Position numbers and translations under genes: made by a program
In this document: positions 56,195 through 64,000 of the stretch, in pieces
Layout of the letters: each line of letters begins with the position of its first letter
Position numbering within the stretch: the stretch's first letter is position 1
From: Candidatus Krumholzibacteriia bacterium
Lineage (GTDB): Bacteria > Krumholzibacteriota > Krumholzibacteriia > LZORAL124-64-63
Assembly: GCA_050174015.1 (NCBI GenBank)
Contig: JBFXKG010000001.1
Coordinates: forward strand, 192,001 to 256,000
Length of the DNA: 64,000 nt
Direction: 5' to 3'
The notes under the pieces: generated by a model
Told to the model about the DNA's origin: nothing
Database searches by the model: none
The model's input: the letters and a program-made list of their open reading frames with translations, nothing else

Positions 56195-58168
56195 TTGCGC
56201 AGCAGCCCATTCCAGATCCGCCTTCTCGTCGCCGGACTCATCCTGCTGTCCGGAGCGACCGGATCATGGGCCTCCCCCCGCTCGGACATGTACACCAACG
56301 TCGGGATCATCGGCCTGACGGTGACCAACCTGGGCTACGTGGGCAACGGCTTCGTCAGTCCCTACCAGCCCTCGGGGGAATACCCCCTGAACTCCAACGT
56401 GGAGCACTTCTTCCTGGGCGGGATCTGGGTGGGAGCGGTCACCCCCGACGGCAACATCCACGTGTCGACCGGGGCCCAGGACGCCTCGAACCTGGTGGCC
56501 GGCGACGAGATCAGGGAATTCGTGGACGACTCCTCGGAGCCGGTCCTGATCTGGTCCAACAGCCAGAACAGCGACAACTTCCACCCCGACGCCCTGGCCA
56601 CGCAGCACATCCAGGTGGCCTTCAACGACTACGCGACCGTCGAGTCGGGCAACCACCGGCCCCTGGGGCTGAAGGTCGTCCTGCGGGCCCTGGCGTGGGG
56701 CAGTCCCTACGCCGACGACTTCGTGATCCTGGACTACGCCGTCATCAACATCTCGGGCAACGAACTGCGCGATCTCTACGTCGGCTTCTGGAACGACACC
56801 ACCATCGGCAACACCGAGAACACCAACCCCTACGACAGCCAGGCCGCCCAGGGCTGGAACTACTACGACGATTCCAACGGCGGCTGGGGACCTCCCGGCT
56901 ACGGGATTCCGCCGGAATACGTGCCCGAGGGCGACGACAAGATCTGGATGATGTACGAGTACGACGCCGACGGGGACGAGGGCCTGGCCACCAGCTGGAT
57001 CGGCTGTCGCCTGCTGGGGTCCGATCCTCCGGTCGCGGATATCGAAGGGGTACCGCCGGTCAGCTACAACGCCTGGGCGTTCCGCCGCGTCCCGGCCCAG
57101 GACGACGAATACTATGCCGAGGACGACGTCGATCAGGAAACCCTGCTTCCGGGCAAGTACCAGATCATGGGCAACGGAGCCTTCACCGTGGGGGAAACCC
57201 AGGAGACGGACTACACCATCCCCTTCGACTGGGTGGGCCTGCTCTCCACCGGGCCGTTCCCCAACCTCGCCCCCGACGACACCCTTCACGTGACCTTCGC
57301 CATCGTGTGCGGCCCCGATTCCCTGGGTCTGCTGGACAACAGCAAGGTCGCCCAGCTGGCCTACGACGACGGCTTCGCGCTGCCCGGCGGTCCGCCCTCG
57401 CCCGTGCTGGGGTTCGACTACCGGGACGATTCGGTGATCCTCAGCTGGGCGCCCGGCGATTCGCTCGACGCCCAGGGCCAGGATCTCCCCGCCGACAGCC
57501 CCTTGAGGTCGCCGGAATTCCACATCTCGACCACCACCGGCAGCCCGGACTTCCAGGGCTACCGCATCTACCGCTACCAGGGCTCGGTGATCAGCGAGGA
57601 TCCCTACTCCATCGCCACCCTGGTCGCCCAGTTCGACCGGATCGACGGCATCGGGTTCGACACCGGCCTGCCGCCGCTGAACGCCGAGGGGCGGCGCGAG
57701 TTCGTCGACACGGGGCTGCTGGACGGGTTCCCCTACTGGTACTCGGTGGTCTCCTTCAGCGCTCCCGATCTCGAGGAGGGCCTGCCCGAGTTCCAGAGCG
57801 GCTTCAACGAGAACGCCCAGCTGGTCTATCCGGGACCCGCCCCCGCCGGCGCGGACAACCCGCGCACCATCGGCGTCTACCCCAATCCCTACCGGGCCGC
57901 CTCGATGTTCGACAACCGGAGCGGCGAGCCCGAGCTCGGCCGCAAGATCTGGTTCACCGGCCTGCCGCCCCGCTGCACCATCCAGGTCTGCAACCTGGTG
58001 GGCGAGGTGGTCAAGACCCTGCACCACGACGATCCCGCCAGCGGCCAGCTGGCGTGGGATCTGCTGAGCGAGCCGGTGCGGGCCATCGCCTCCGGCCTCT
58101 ACGTGTACGTGGTCGAGGACCTGGAAACCGGCGAGATCCAGCGCGGGAAGCTGGTGATCATCAAATGA
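56195..58168 (+). CDS. Secreted acidic protein with FN3-like region and T9SS-CTD/FlgD-like C-terminal domain
   Basis: Signal peptide; DFQGYRIYR; VYPNPY...IQV.NL.GE.VK...WD......ASGLY.Y.....KLVIIK. Confidence 0.75.
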   Translation: MRSSPFQIRLLVAGLILLSGATGSWASPRSDMYTNVGIIGLTVTNLGYVGNGFVSPYQPSGEYPLNSNVEHFFLGGIWVGAVTPDGNIHVSTGAQDASNLVAGDEIREFVDDSSEPVLIWSNSQNSDNFHPDALATQHIQVAFNDYATVESGNHRPLGLKVVLRALAWGSPYADDFVILDYAVINISGNELRDLYVGFWNDTTIGNTENTNPYDSQAAQGWNYYDDSNGGWGPPGYGIPPEYVPEGDDKIWMMYEYDADGDEGLATSWIGCRLLGSDPPVADIEGVPPVSYNAWAFRRVPAQDDEYYAEDDVDQETLLPGKYQIMGNGAFTVGETQETDYTIPFDWVGLLSTGPFPNLAPDDTLHVTFAIVCGPDSLGLLDNSKVAQLAYDDGFALPGGPPSPVLGFDYRDDSVILSWAPGDSLDAQGQDLPADSPLRSPEFHISTTTGSPDFQGYRIYRYQGSVISEDPYSIATLVAQFDRIDGIGFDTGLPPLNAEGRREFVDTGLLDGFPYWYSVVSFSAPDLEEGLPEFQSGFNENAQLVYPGPAPAGADNPRTIGVYPNPYRAASMFDNRSGEPELGRKIWFTGLPPRCTIQVCNLVGEVVKTLHHDDPASGQLAWDLLSEPVRAIASGLYVYVVEDLETGEIQRGKLVIIK

Positions 58169-59715
58169 GAGCCAGGCTGCTGCACGCCGCCCTCCTGGGG
58201 GCCCTGATCACCGCCGGGTCCGCCGTCTGGCTGGCCGGATGCGCCGGCAACGATCCCTTCGACCCCTTGTCGGTGGCCAACCGGCCGCCGACCGTGAAGT
58301 TCTTCGTCGGGCCCGTCGCGCCCGGCGGGGACCTGAACCCCACGAGCTACTTCGAGCGGCACTTCTCCTGGAGCGGCACCGACGCCGACGGCTGGGTGAC
58401 CGAGTACTACGTCTCGATCCGGGAGCGCGCGGACGAACCCGCGCCCTGGGTCACCACCGCCCGCACCGACACCACGATGACCTTCATCACCGGCGAGGAC
58501 GGCACCAGCGAGGCCACCTTCTACATCGCCTGCCGGGACGACCGCGGAGCCCTCAGCGACACCCTGGTGCAGTATGTGCCCCTGCGCAACTTCCCGCCCG
58601 TGGTGAACTTCCAGTCCGACTTCGATCCCCTGGTCAACATGCAGCGCGAGTTCGTGACGGAGGGGGAGGCGGTGGTCGACACCACCTACTGGAACTGGGG
58701 GATCTGCAACTTCCGCCTGTTCGTCATCGACCTGGACGGGGCGCGGACCATGGAGGACCACTTCACCTACACCCTGGCCGACGACGATCCGGCGACGGTC
58801 TACGACCACGACGATCCCCTGGCCGATCCCAACACCGGCTGGATCCGGCAGCCCTTCCCCGATCTGGTCAGCGAGGTCCGGCTGTTCGAGGTCTCGATAA
58901 GGAACGCGGCGCCCGGTCCGCGCACCCTGCGCGTGAGGGTGGCGGACGAGGCCGCCGGCGAGGCGGAGTTCACCTACGCCTGGGAGGTCCGCGAGCCGCG
59001 GGGCAGCGCCCTCTACGTCTTCGACAACACCTCCACGTCGGGGCGGGCCTTCTACCGCGCCTTCATGGACGAGTACTTCGGCCCCGGGAGCTGGGACGTC
59101 TACGATTTCTGGTACGGATTCCCGGACCGGGCGAGCATCCTGCTGGACACCCTGCGGAAGTTCGACCTGATCGTCTGGACCGACGGCGGTTCGAACAGCA
59201 ACATCCTCGTCACCGCCGCAGCCCGGGACGGGACCCTGCAGAAGTACGTCCAGGGGTCCGACGGAGCCGATCCCGGCAAGCTGCTGCTGATCACCAAGGC
59301 GGTCTGCGGCGGAGGGTCGCGCCTGCCCGTGGTCTTCATCCAGAGCGTCCTGGGCATCAGTCCCACTCCCGCTCCGCCGGCCGCCTTCGGGGGGATCGAC
59401 GGCAAGCAGGCCCTGGGCCTGTTCCCGGAACTGCCGGCGATGACCGCCGTGGGGACCGGCGAGGTGGGCATCGGCCTGGTGCCCCTCAGCGGGACGGAGG
59501 AGCTCTACCGGATGGAATACTGCGAGGATTGCTACGGCGATCCTCGGCGGCCCCGCCCTCCCTACGACCCGGTGATCGCGGTGCGGCGGCCGGCGCGCGC
59601 CTCGGGGAACGCCTCGGTGGTCACCGTGGGCCTGATGCTCGACCAGTTCGACGGCGCGGAAGTCCGCGCCGCCCTGGCCGCCCTGATCGAAGGCGAGATG
59701 GGGGTGACGCCGTGA
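58165..59715 (+). CDS. Hypothetical lipoprotein with Ig-like domains
   Basis: LAGC lipobox; NRPP, W.GTD.DG.V..Y, DDRGA; ATGA overlap. Confidence 0.75.
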   Translation: MRARLLHAALLGALITAGSAVWLAGCAGNDPFDPLSVANRPPTVKFFVGPVAPGGDLNPTSYFERHFSWSGTDADGWVTEYYVSIRERADEPAPWVTTARTDTTMTFITGEDGTSEATFYIACRDDRGALSDTLVQYVPLRNFPPVVNFQSDFDPLVNMQREFVTEGEAVVDTTYWNWGICNFRLFVIDLDGARTMEDHFTYTLADDDPATVYDHDDPLADPNTGWIRQPFPDLVSEVRLFEVSIRNAAPGPRTLRVRVADEAAGEAEFTYAWEVREPRGSALYVFDNTSTSGRAFYRAFMDEYFGPGSWDVYDFWYGFPDRASILLDTLRKFDLIVWTDGGSNSNILVTAAARDGTLQKYVQGSDGADPGKLLLITKAVCGGGSRLPVVFIQSVLGISPTPAPPAAFGGIDGKQALGLFPELPAMTAVGTGEVGIGLVPLSGTEELYRMEYCEDCYGDPRRPRPPYDPVIAVRRPARASGNASVVTVGLMLDQFDGAEVRAALAALIEGEMGVTP

Positions 59716-62570
59716 AGCGGGCCGTCATCCTGGTGGGCTGTCTGGCCCTGCTGGCGGCGGCGCCCGCGCCGGCGATCGCCCAGACGCAGGTCCAGGCCGA
59801 GGCTCCGGCTCCGGCCGGGCCGGCGACCGTCAAGGGACGCATCTTCGACGCGGAATCCGGCGAATCCATGCCCTACACCAACGTCTTCGTCGCGGGCACC
59901 AACATCGGCACCATGGCCTTCACCGACGGCTTCTACATCATCAAGGGGCTGAGGCCGGGCACCTACACCCTCCGGGCCTCGTACATCAGCTACGGCATCG
60001 GCGAGAAGACCGTCACCCTGAAGCCGGGCGAGGTCCTGAACCTCGACTTCCACCTGGACGTCCAGGCCATCCTAGTCGACCCGTTCGAGGTCGCCGCCGA
60101 ACGCGCCCTCATCGAGGTCGACCGCACAGGCAGCGCCCACTTCCTGAGCAGCCGGCAGATGGACGCCATGCCGCTGGACCAGGTGGTGGACATGATCGCC
60201 CAGCAGCCGGGCGTCACCCTCCAGGACAACGCCATCCACATCCGCGGCGGGCGGGCGGACGACACCATGTTCGTCGTCGACGGCATGAACGTGAACGATC
60301 CCCTGGCGGGCGGCGGCTACGGCTACCAGATCGATCCCTCCATCATCAACGAGATCGAGGTGCTCACCGGGGGCTTCAATGCCGAATACGGTCAGGCGGT
60401 CAGCGGGGTGGTCAAGGTCACGACCAAGGAGGGCAGCGACCGCTTCGAGGGTCAGGCCAGCTTCAAGCGCGACTACCTGTTCGAGACGGTGGACAAGAAG
60501 GAAAAGGTCGATTGGCGCGACCTGACGGACTTCACCGAGGCCAGCAACATCGACATCGTGAAGCTGAACATGTCCGGCCCCGACCCCTTCAGCGGCGCCC
60601 TGGCGAAGATGGGCCTGAAGCTGCCCGGCACCCAGTACCTGCTCGCCAGCGGATCGATGGACATCCGCGACGGCCACCTGCCCATCTACAGCCGGACGAA
60701 CCGGCTCGAATCGCCGATCTACACCCAGGACTTCTGGTCCCCGCGGCAGACGAACGACTGGAACGGCCTGGTGAAATGGACCTGGAACATCACGCCGTCC
60801 CACAAGCTGAGCATCAACACGAGCCGGCAGGTGGCCATCAGCCAGGGCTTCGGCCTGCCCGGGGAAGGTTATCCGCGGCCGTTCCTCGACAATCTCGACC
60901 AGTTCCTGGTGTTCACCAACGAGAACATCCTGAGCCAGATCTACTACCGGCAGGTGCTGGGGGAGAACTCCTGGTACGAGCTGACCCTGGGCCGCAACTT
61001 CAACCGGCAGCACGTCAACGTCAACGGCAACGACGACTTCACGACCTACGGGCCGATCAACGCCCCCCCGATCCCGACCAGCCAGGCCTTCGGCAGCGCC
61101 GACCGCTGGCACGACCACTACACAGAGGCCTACACCTTCAAGGGCGCCTACTCCTTCATGGGCGCGGGCAACAACACGTTCAAGACGGGCCTGGACCTCT
61201 CCTTCACCGAGATGCAGCTGGTCGACCTCCAGTCCTCCCTGGGGTCGCCGCCCCCGGGCAAGCTCGGCATCAAGGAGGACATCTTCAGCGCCCATCCCAT
61301 CACCGGGGCGGCCTACTTCCAGGACACGCTGGACTACCGGGGCCTGATCGTGAACGCCGGCATCCGCGCCGACATGTGGGCGCCCGGCCGCGAGGTCGAG
61401 CGGGTGATGGCCGACTACCAGGACTACCTCTTCATCTACGAGGACATGACCACGGAATTCCAGGAGAAGACGACGGGGCTCCTGGGCCGGCGCTGGAAGA
61501 TGCGGCTCTCGCCGCGGCTGGGACTCAGCTTCCCGGTCACCGAGCGGGACAAGTTCTTCTTCAACTACGGCCACTTCAGCCAGTGGCCCCGGTTCGCCTA
61601 CGTCTATCCCCAGCTCGAGGCCCAGACCGCCACCGAGGTGCAGCTGCTGGGCAACCCGAACCTGGACCCCAAGGTCACCGTCGAGTACGAGACCGGCATC
61701 CAGCACGAGTTCGGCGGCCTGTGGAGCATGGGCCTGACCTTCTTCAACCGCGACATCTACGATTACGCCAAGAGCGTGAGCCTGGGTTCGGTGGACATCG
61801 GCGCCGACGAGACGCCCGACCCCAACGACTCGGGCACCGTGACCATCCAGCCGGTGCGGTACTTCAACGGGGATTCGGCGCGGAGCCTGGGCATCGAGCT
61901 GAGCGTGATCAAGCGGACCACGAAGTGGCTGAGCGGCTCGGCCAACTTCGAGCTGCAGCGGTCCACCGGCACCAACAGCAACGCCGACGAGGCCTACCTC
62001 CAGGCGATCTACGACGAGGCCTACACGCCGACGGCGAGCATCGGCGGACTGGCGCGCAGTCCCCTGATCTGGGACAAGCCCTGGGCCGTCAGCCTGAATC
62101 TGGACTTCACGGTCATGGAGAAGGACCGCCCGCGGCTGCTGGGGTGGACCCTGCCTCCCAACTGGAGCGTGAACGTCCTGGCCAGCGCGGAGGCCGGCCA
62201 GCGCTACACCCCCCGCATCTACAACGGCCCCGGCGATTACGTCTACGGCGACTTCAACAGCGAGACCGGACCCTACAAGAGCACGGTGAACCTGCGCGTG
62301 AACAAGTTCTGGAAGTTCGGGAACCACCGGAAGGTCACCATGTACGTCGAGGTCCGGAACCTGTTCAACCACAAGGATTACCGGCGAATCAACCCCTGGA
62401 CCGGCGACGGCTACCAGGTGGGGAACTATGACCCGAGCTGGACCGACCGCTGGTCGACCGAAGAGGATCCCCTGACCACCGACAGCGAGGAATACGCCAA
62501 GGGCGTCGTCGATCCGAGCTACATCGAGAATCCGCGACTCGTTCTCTGGGGGATGAGCTACTCATGGTAG
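59712..62570 (+). CDS. TonB-dependent receptor with N-terminal carboxypeptidase-like regulatory domain
   Basis: G.I.DA.SGE, DG.Y.I..L.PGTY, HIRGGR, TGGFNAEYG.A.SGVV, SPRLG.SFP, GNP.L.P, NLFN, terminal Trp. Confidence 0.9.
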   Translation: MKRAVILVGCLALLAAAPAPAIAQTQVQAEAPAPAGPATVKGRIFDAESGESMPYTNVFVAGTNIGTMAFTDGFYIIKGLRPGTYTLRASYISYGIGEKTVTLKPGEVLNLDFHLDVQAILVDPFEVAAERALIEVDRTGSAHFLSSRQMDAMPLDQVVDMIAQQPGVTLQDNAIHIRGGRADDTMFVVDGMNVNDPLAGGGYGYQIDPSIINEIEVLTGGFNAEYGQAVSGVVKVTTKEGSDRFEGQASFKRDYLFETVDKKEKVDWRDLTDFTEASNIDIVKLNMSGPDPFSGALAKMGLKLPGTQYLLASGSMDIRDGHLPIYSRTNRLESPIYTQDFWSPRQTNDWNGLVKWTWNITPSHKLSINTSRQVAISQGFGLPGEGYPRPFLDNLDQFLVFTNENILSQIYYRQVLGENSWYELTLGRNFNRQHVNVNGNDDFTTYGPINAPPIPTSQAFGSADRWHDHYTEAYTFKGAYSFMGAGNNTFKTGLDLSFTEMQLVDLQSSLGSPPPGKLGIKEDIFSAHPITGAAYFQDTLDYRGLIVNAGIRADMWAPGREVERVMADYQDYLFIYEDMTTEFQEKTTGLLGRRWKMRLSPRLGLSFPVTERDKFFFNYGHFSQWPRFAYVYPQLEAQTATEVQLLGNPNLDPKVTVEYETGIQHEFGGLWSMGLTFFNRDIYDYAKSVSLGSVDIGADETPDPNDSGTVTIQPVRYFNGDSARSLGIELSVIKRTTKWLSGSANFELQRSTGTNSNADEAYLQAIYDEAYTPTASIGGLARSPLIWDKPWAVSLNLDFTVMEKDRPRLLGWTLPPNWSVNVLASAEAGQRYTPRIYNGPGDYVYGDFNSETGPYKSTVNLRVNKFWKFGNHRKVTMYVEVRNLFNHKDYRRINPWTGDGYQVGNYDPSWTDRWSTEEDPLTTDSEEYAKGVVDPSYIENPRLVLWGMSYSW

Positions 62571-63625
62571 GGCGCGGAGCGGCAGCACGTTCGGCGATCG
62601 CGGGTCTGGCCCTGCTCCTTTTCGCAGCGGCCGGGACCGCGTCCGCGGGCGACATCATCCGGCTCTACGGCGACGACAACGTCGGCACGGCGGGCGCCCA
62701 GTTCCTGCGCATTCCGGTCGGCGCCAGGGCCGTGGCCATGGGGAAGGCCTACGTGGCGGCCGCCACGGACGCCTCCACCCTGTTCTGGAATCCGGCGGGA
62801 GTGATGCGCACACCCGGCCGGGTGAACTACTTCGCCAGCCACGTGGCCTACACCGCCGACATCTCCCTCGATTACCTGTCGGTCCACACACGGCGCCAGA
62901 ACTTCGGGTTCGGCCTGAGCATGGGGGTGCTGCGGTCGGGCGACATCCTGCGCACCGACGAGTACCACCAGGAGGGAACCGGCCAGTACTTCAACGCCAA
63001 CCAGTTCTTCCTGGCCGGCACCCTGGCGCGGGCCATGACCGACCGGTTCTCCATCGGCGGCAATCTGAAGTACTACCAGGAGAACCTCGACGAGTACCAG
63101 ATCAAGGCCCTGCTGGCCGATCTCGGCATCCTGTACCTCGTGGGCTGGCAGGACCTGCGCATCGGCTTTTCCGTGCGCAATTTCGGCAGCGACCTGAAGC
63201 CGGGAGGAACGCCTCCGGCGCTGCCCGACGGCTACGTCGGCGCGGCGGATTTCCAGAGCTTCCCCGCGCCAACCGTCGGTTCCTTCGGGGTGGCCAACAC
63301 CTGGATCCTGGGCCCCAACGTCGGCCTGATGACGAGCGCGGACTTCAACCATCCCAGCGACTTCAAGGAGAGCTTCCGGTTCGGCAGCGAACTGGACCTC
63401 AGGAAGATGCTCTTCCTGCGCGCCGGTTACGAGACCAGCCGGGAGGAGGGCGGGTTCGCCGCCGGATTCGGGCTGCAGCTCAAGCGCAAGCAGTTCCTGG
63501 TCAGGGTCGACTACGCCTTCAGCGATCTGGGCAGCTTCGGCACCATCCACCACGTCTCGGTCGATCTTTCCCCCCTGTTCCAGCGCAGGGATCCGGACGC
63601 CTGGCGGCGGAGGGAGGCGCGATGA
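62564..63625 (+). CDS. PorV/PorQ (FadL-like) family outer-membrane protein
   Basis: GTAGAQFLRI.VGARA.AMG, D....FWNPAG, LRAGY, DYA...LG. Confidence 0.85.
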   Translation: MVGRGAAARSAIAGLALLLFAAAGTASAGDIIRLYGDDNVGTAGAQFLRIPVGARAVAMGKAYVAAATDASTLFWNPAGVMRTPGRVNYFASHVAYTADISLDYLSVHTRRQNFGFGLSMGVLRSGDILRTDEYHQEGTGQYFNANQFFLAGTLARAMTDRFSIGGNLKYYQENLDEYQIKALLADLGILYLVGWQDLRIGFSVRNFGSDLKPGGTPPALPDGYVGAADFQSFPAPTVGSFGVANTWILGPNVGLMTSADFNHPSDFKESFRFGSELDLRKMLFLRAGYETSREEGGFAAGFGLQLKRKQFLVRVDYAFSDLGSFGTIHHVSVDLSPLFQRRDPDAWRRREAR

Positions 63626-64000
63626 ATACCCCCGGAGCCTTCCGGTTACCCGTGCTCGCCTGCTGCGCCCTCCTGGTCCTGCTGCCCGCCGGGTGCGGCG
63701 AGAAGATCGCCGTGCCCCAGCCCAAGGGCCTGTTCTCGGTCAGCGCCTACATCCTGGACGAGGTCTATTCGGACGATTCGCCTCTGCAGGTCACGGCATC
63801 CCAGGGCAGCCTGTTCGTCCTGACCGACGGCGCGCTGTCCAAGCGCGATCAGCAATACGGGCTCATCCACGAGGTCGACGGTCTGGCCGGGCCCACGGCC
63901 CTGTGCGTGGGCGACCTGAGGGAACTGGTGTTCGTGTGGGAGCAGGACGCCGGGCAGGTCAGCTGGTTCTCCGCCACGGACCTGACACTGATGGGGTCGA
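63622..64000 (+). CDS. Lipoprotein, possibly NHL/beta-propeller; truncated by the window end
   Basis: GGAGG RBS, ATGA overlap, MNTPGAFRLPVLACCALLVLLPAGC lipobox, open to the end; GL.GPTALCV blade-like motif. Confidence 0.7.
   Translation, partial: MNTPGAFRLPVLACCALLVLLPAGCGEKIAVPQPKGLFSVSAYILDEVYSDDSPLQVTASQGSLFVLTDGALSKRDQQYGLIHEVDGLAGPTALCVGDLRELVFVWEQDAGQVSWFSATDLTLMGS

Noticed and set aside
56266..62570. 1149-aa and 1443-aa ORFs as single giant proteins
   Set aside because: Their N-terminal parts are off-frame shadows of upstream genes; real starts with signal peptides are at 58165 and 59712

Overview
High-GC, gene-dense bacterial chromosome segment with about 50 CDS. I found no rRNA, tRNA, CRISPR array, integrase or transposase. 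The gene content (PorV-like porin, T9SS-CTD-like tail, a 'FGRVKALFR' C-terminal motif, fused CcsBA) suggests a non-Bacteroidetes FCB-group organism such as Krumholzibacteria or Latescibacteria; this is inference only. Contents in order: fused cytochrome c synthase CcsBA, GT-C/TPR glycosyltransferase, PLP decarboxylase, an atypical chemoreceptor, S8 protease, a GntR-EamA-TauE operon, S9 peptidase and SGNH hydrolase, DUF2891, an SDR remnant, an HDAC-family protein, a DUF5916 protein, an ECF sigma/ZAS anti-sigma operon, REC and REC-GGDEF genes, L,D-transpeptidase plus MurC/Mpl, a Ptb-Buk fusion plus Ptb, rubrerythrin, POT transporter, ArgS, CHRD protein, hybrid kinase, TonB receptor, zinc ribbon-LemA-HtpX, FGE-domain lipoprotein, PabB and Mut7-C. 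The window ends inside a coupled operon of CTD protein, lipoprotein, TonB receptor, PorV and lipoprotein. The most notable observations are: (1) an unannotated ~280-nt multi-hairpin unit at 21.2-21.5 kb with 16 nt complementary to the 16S rRNA 3' end in front of a 15-codon ORF; (2) the TBDR/PorV/CTD operon; (3) a chemoreceptor with a degenerate tip and a repeated NVFxLxKPK motif; (4) an internal RBS, start codon and signal peptide inside ccsBA; (5) an HDAC fused to a possibly GNAT-like domain. All assignments come from motif recognition by eye, with no database searches.
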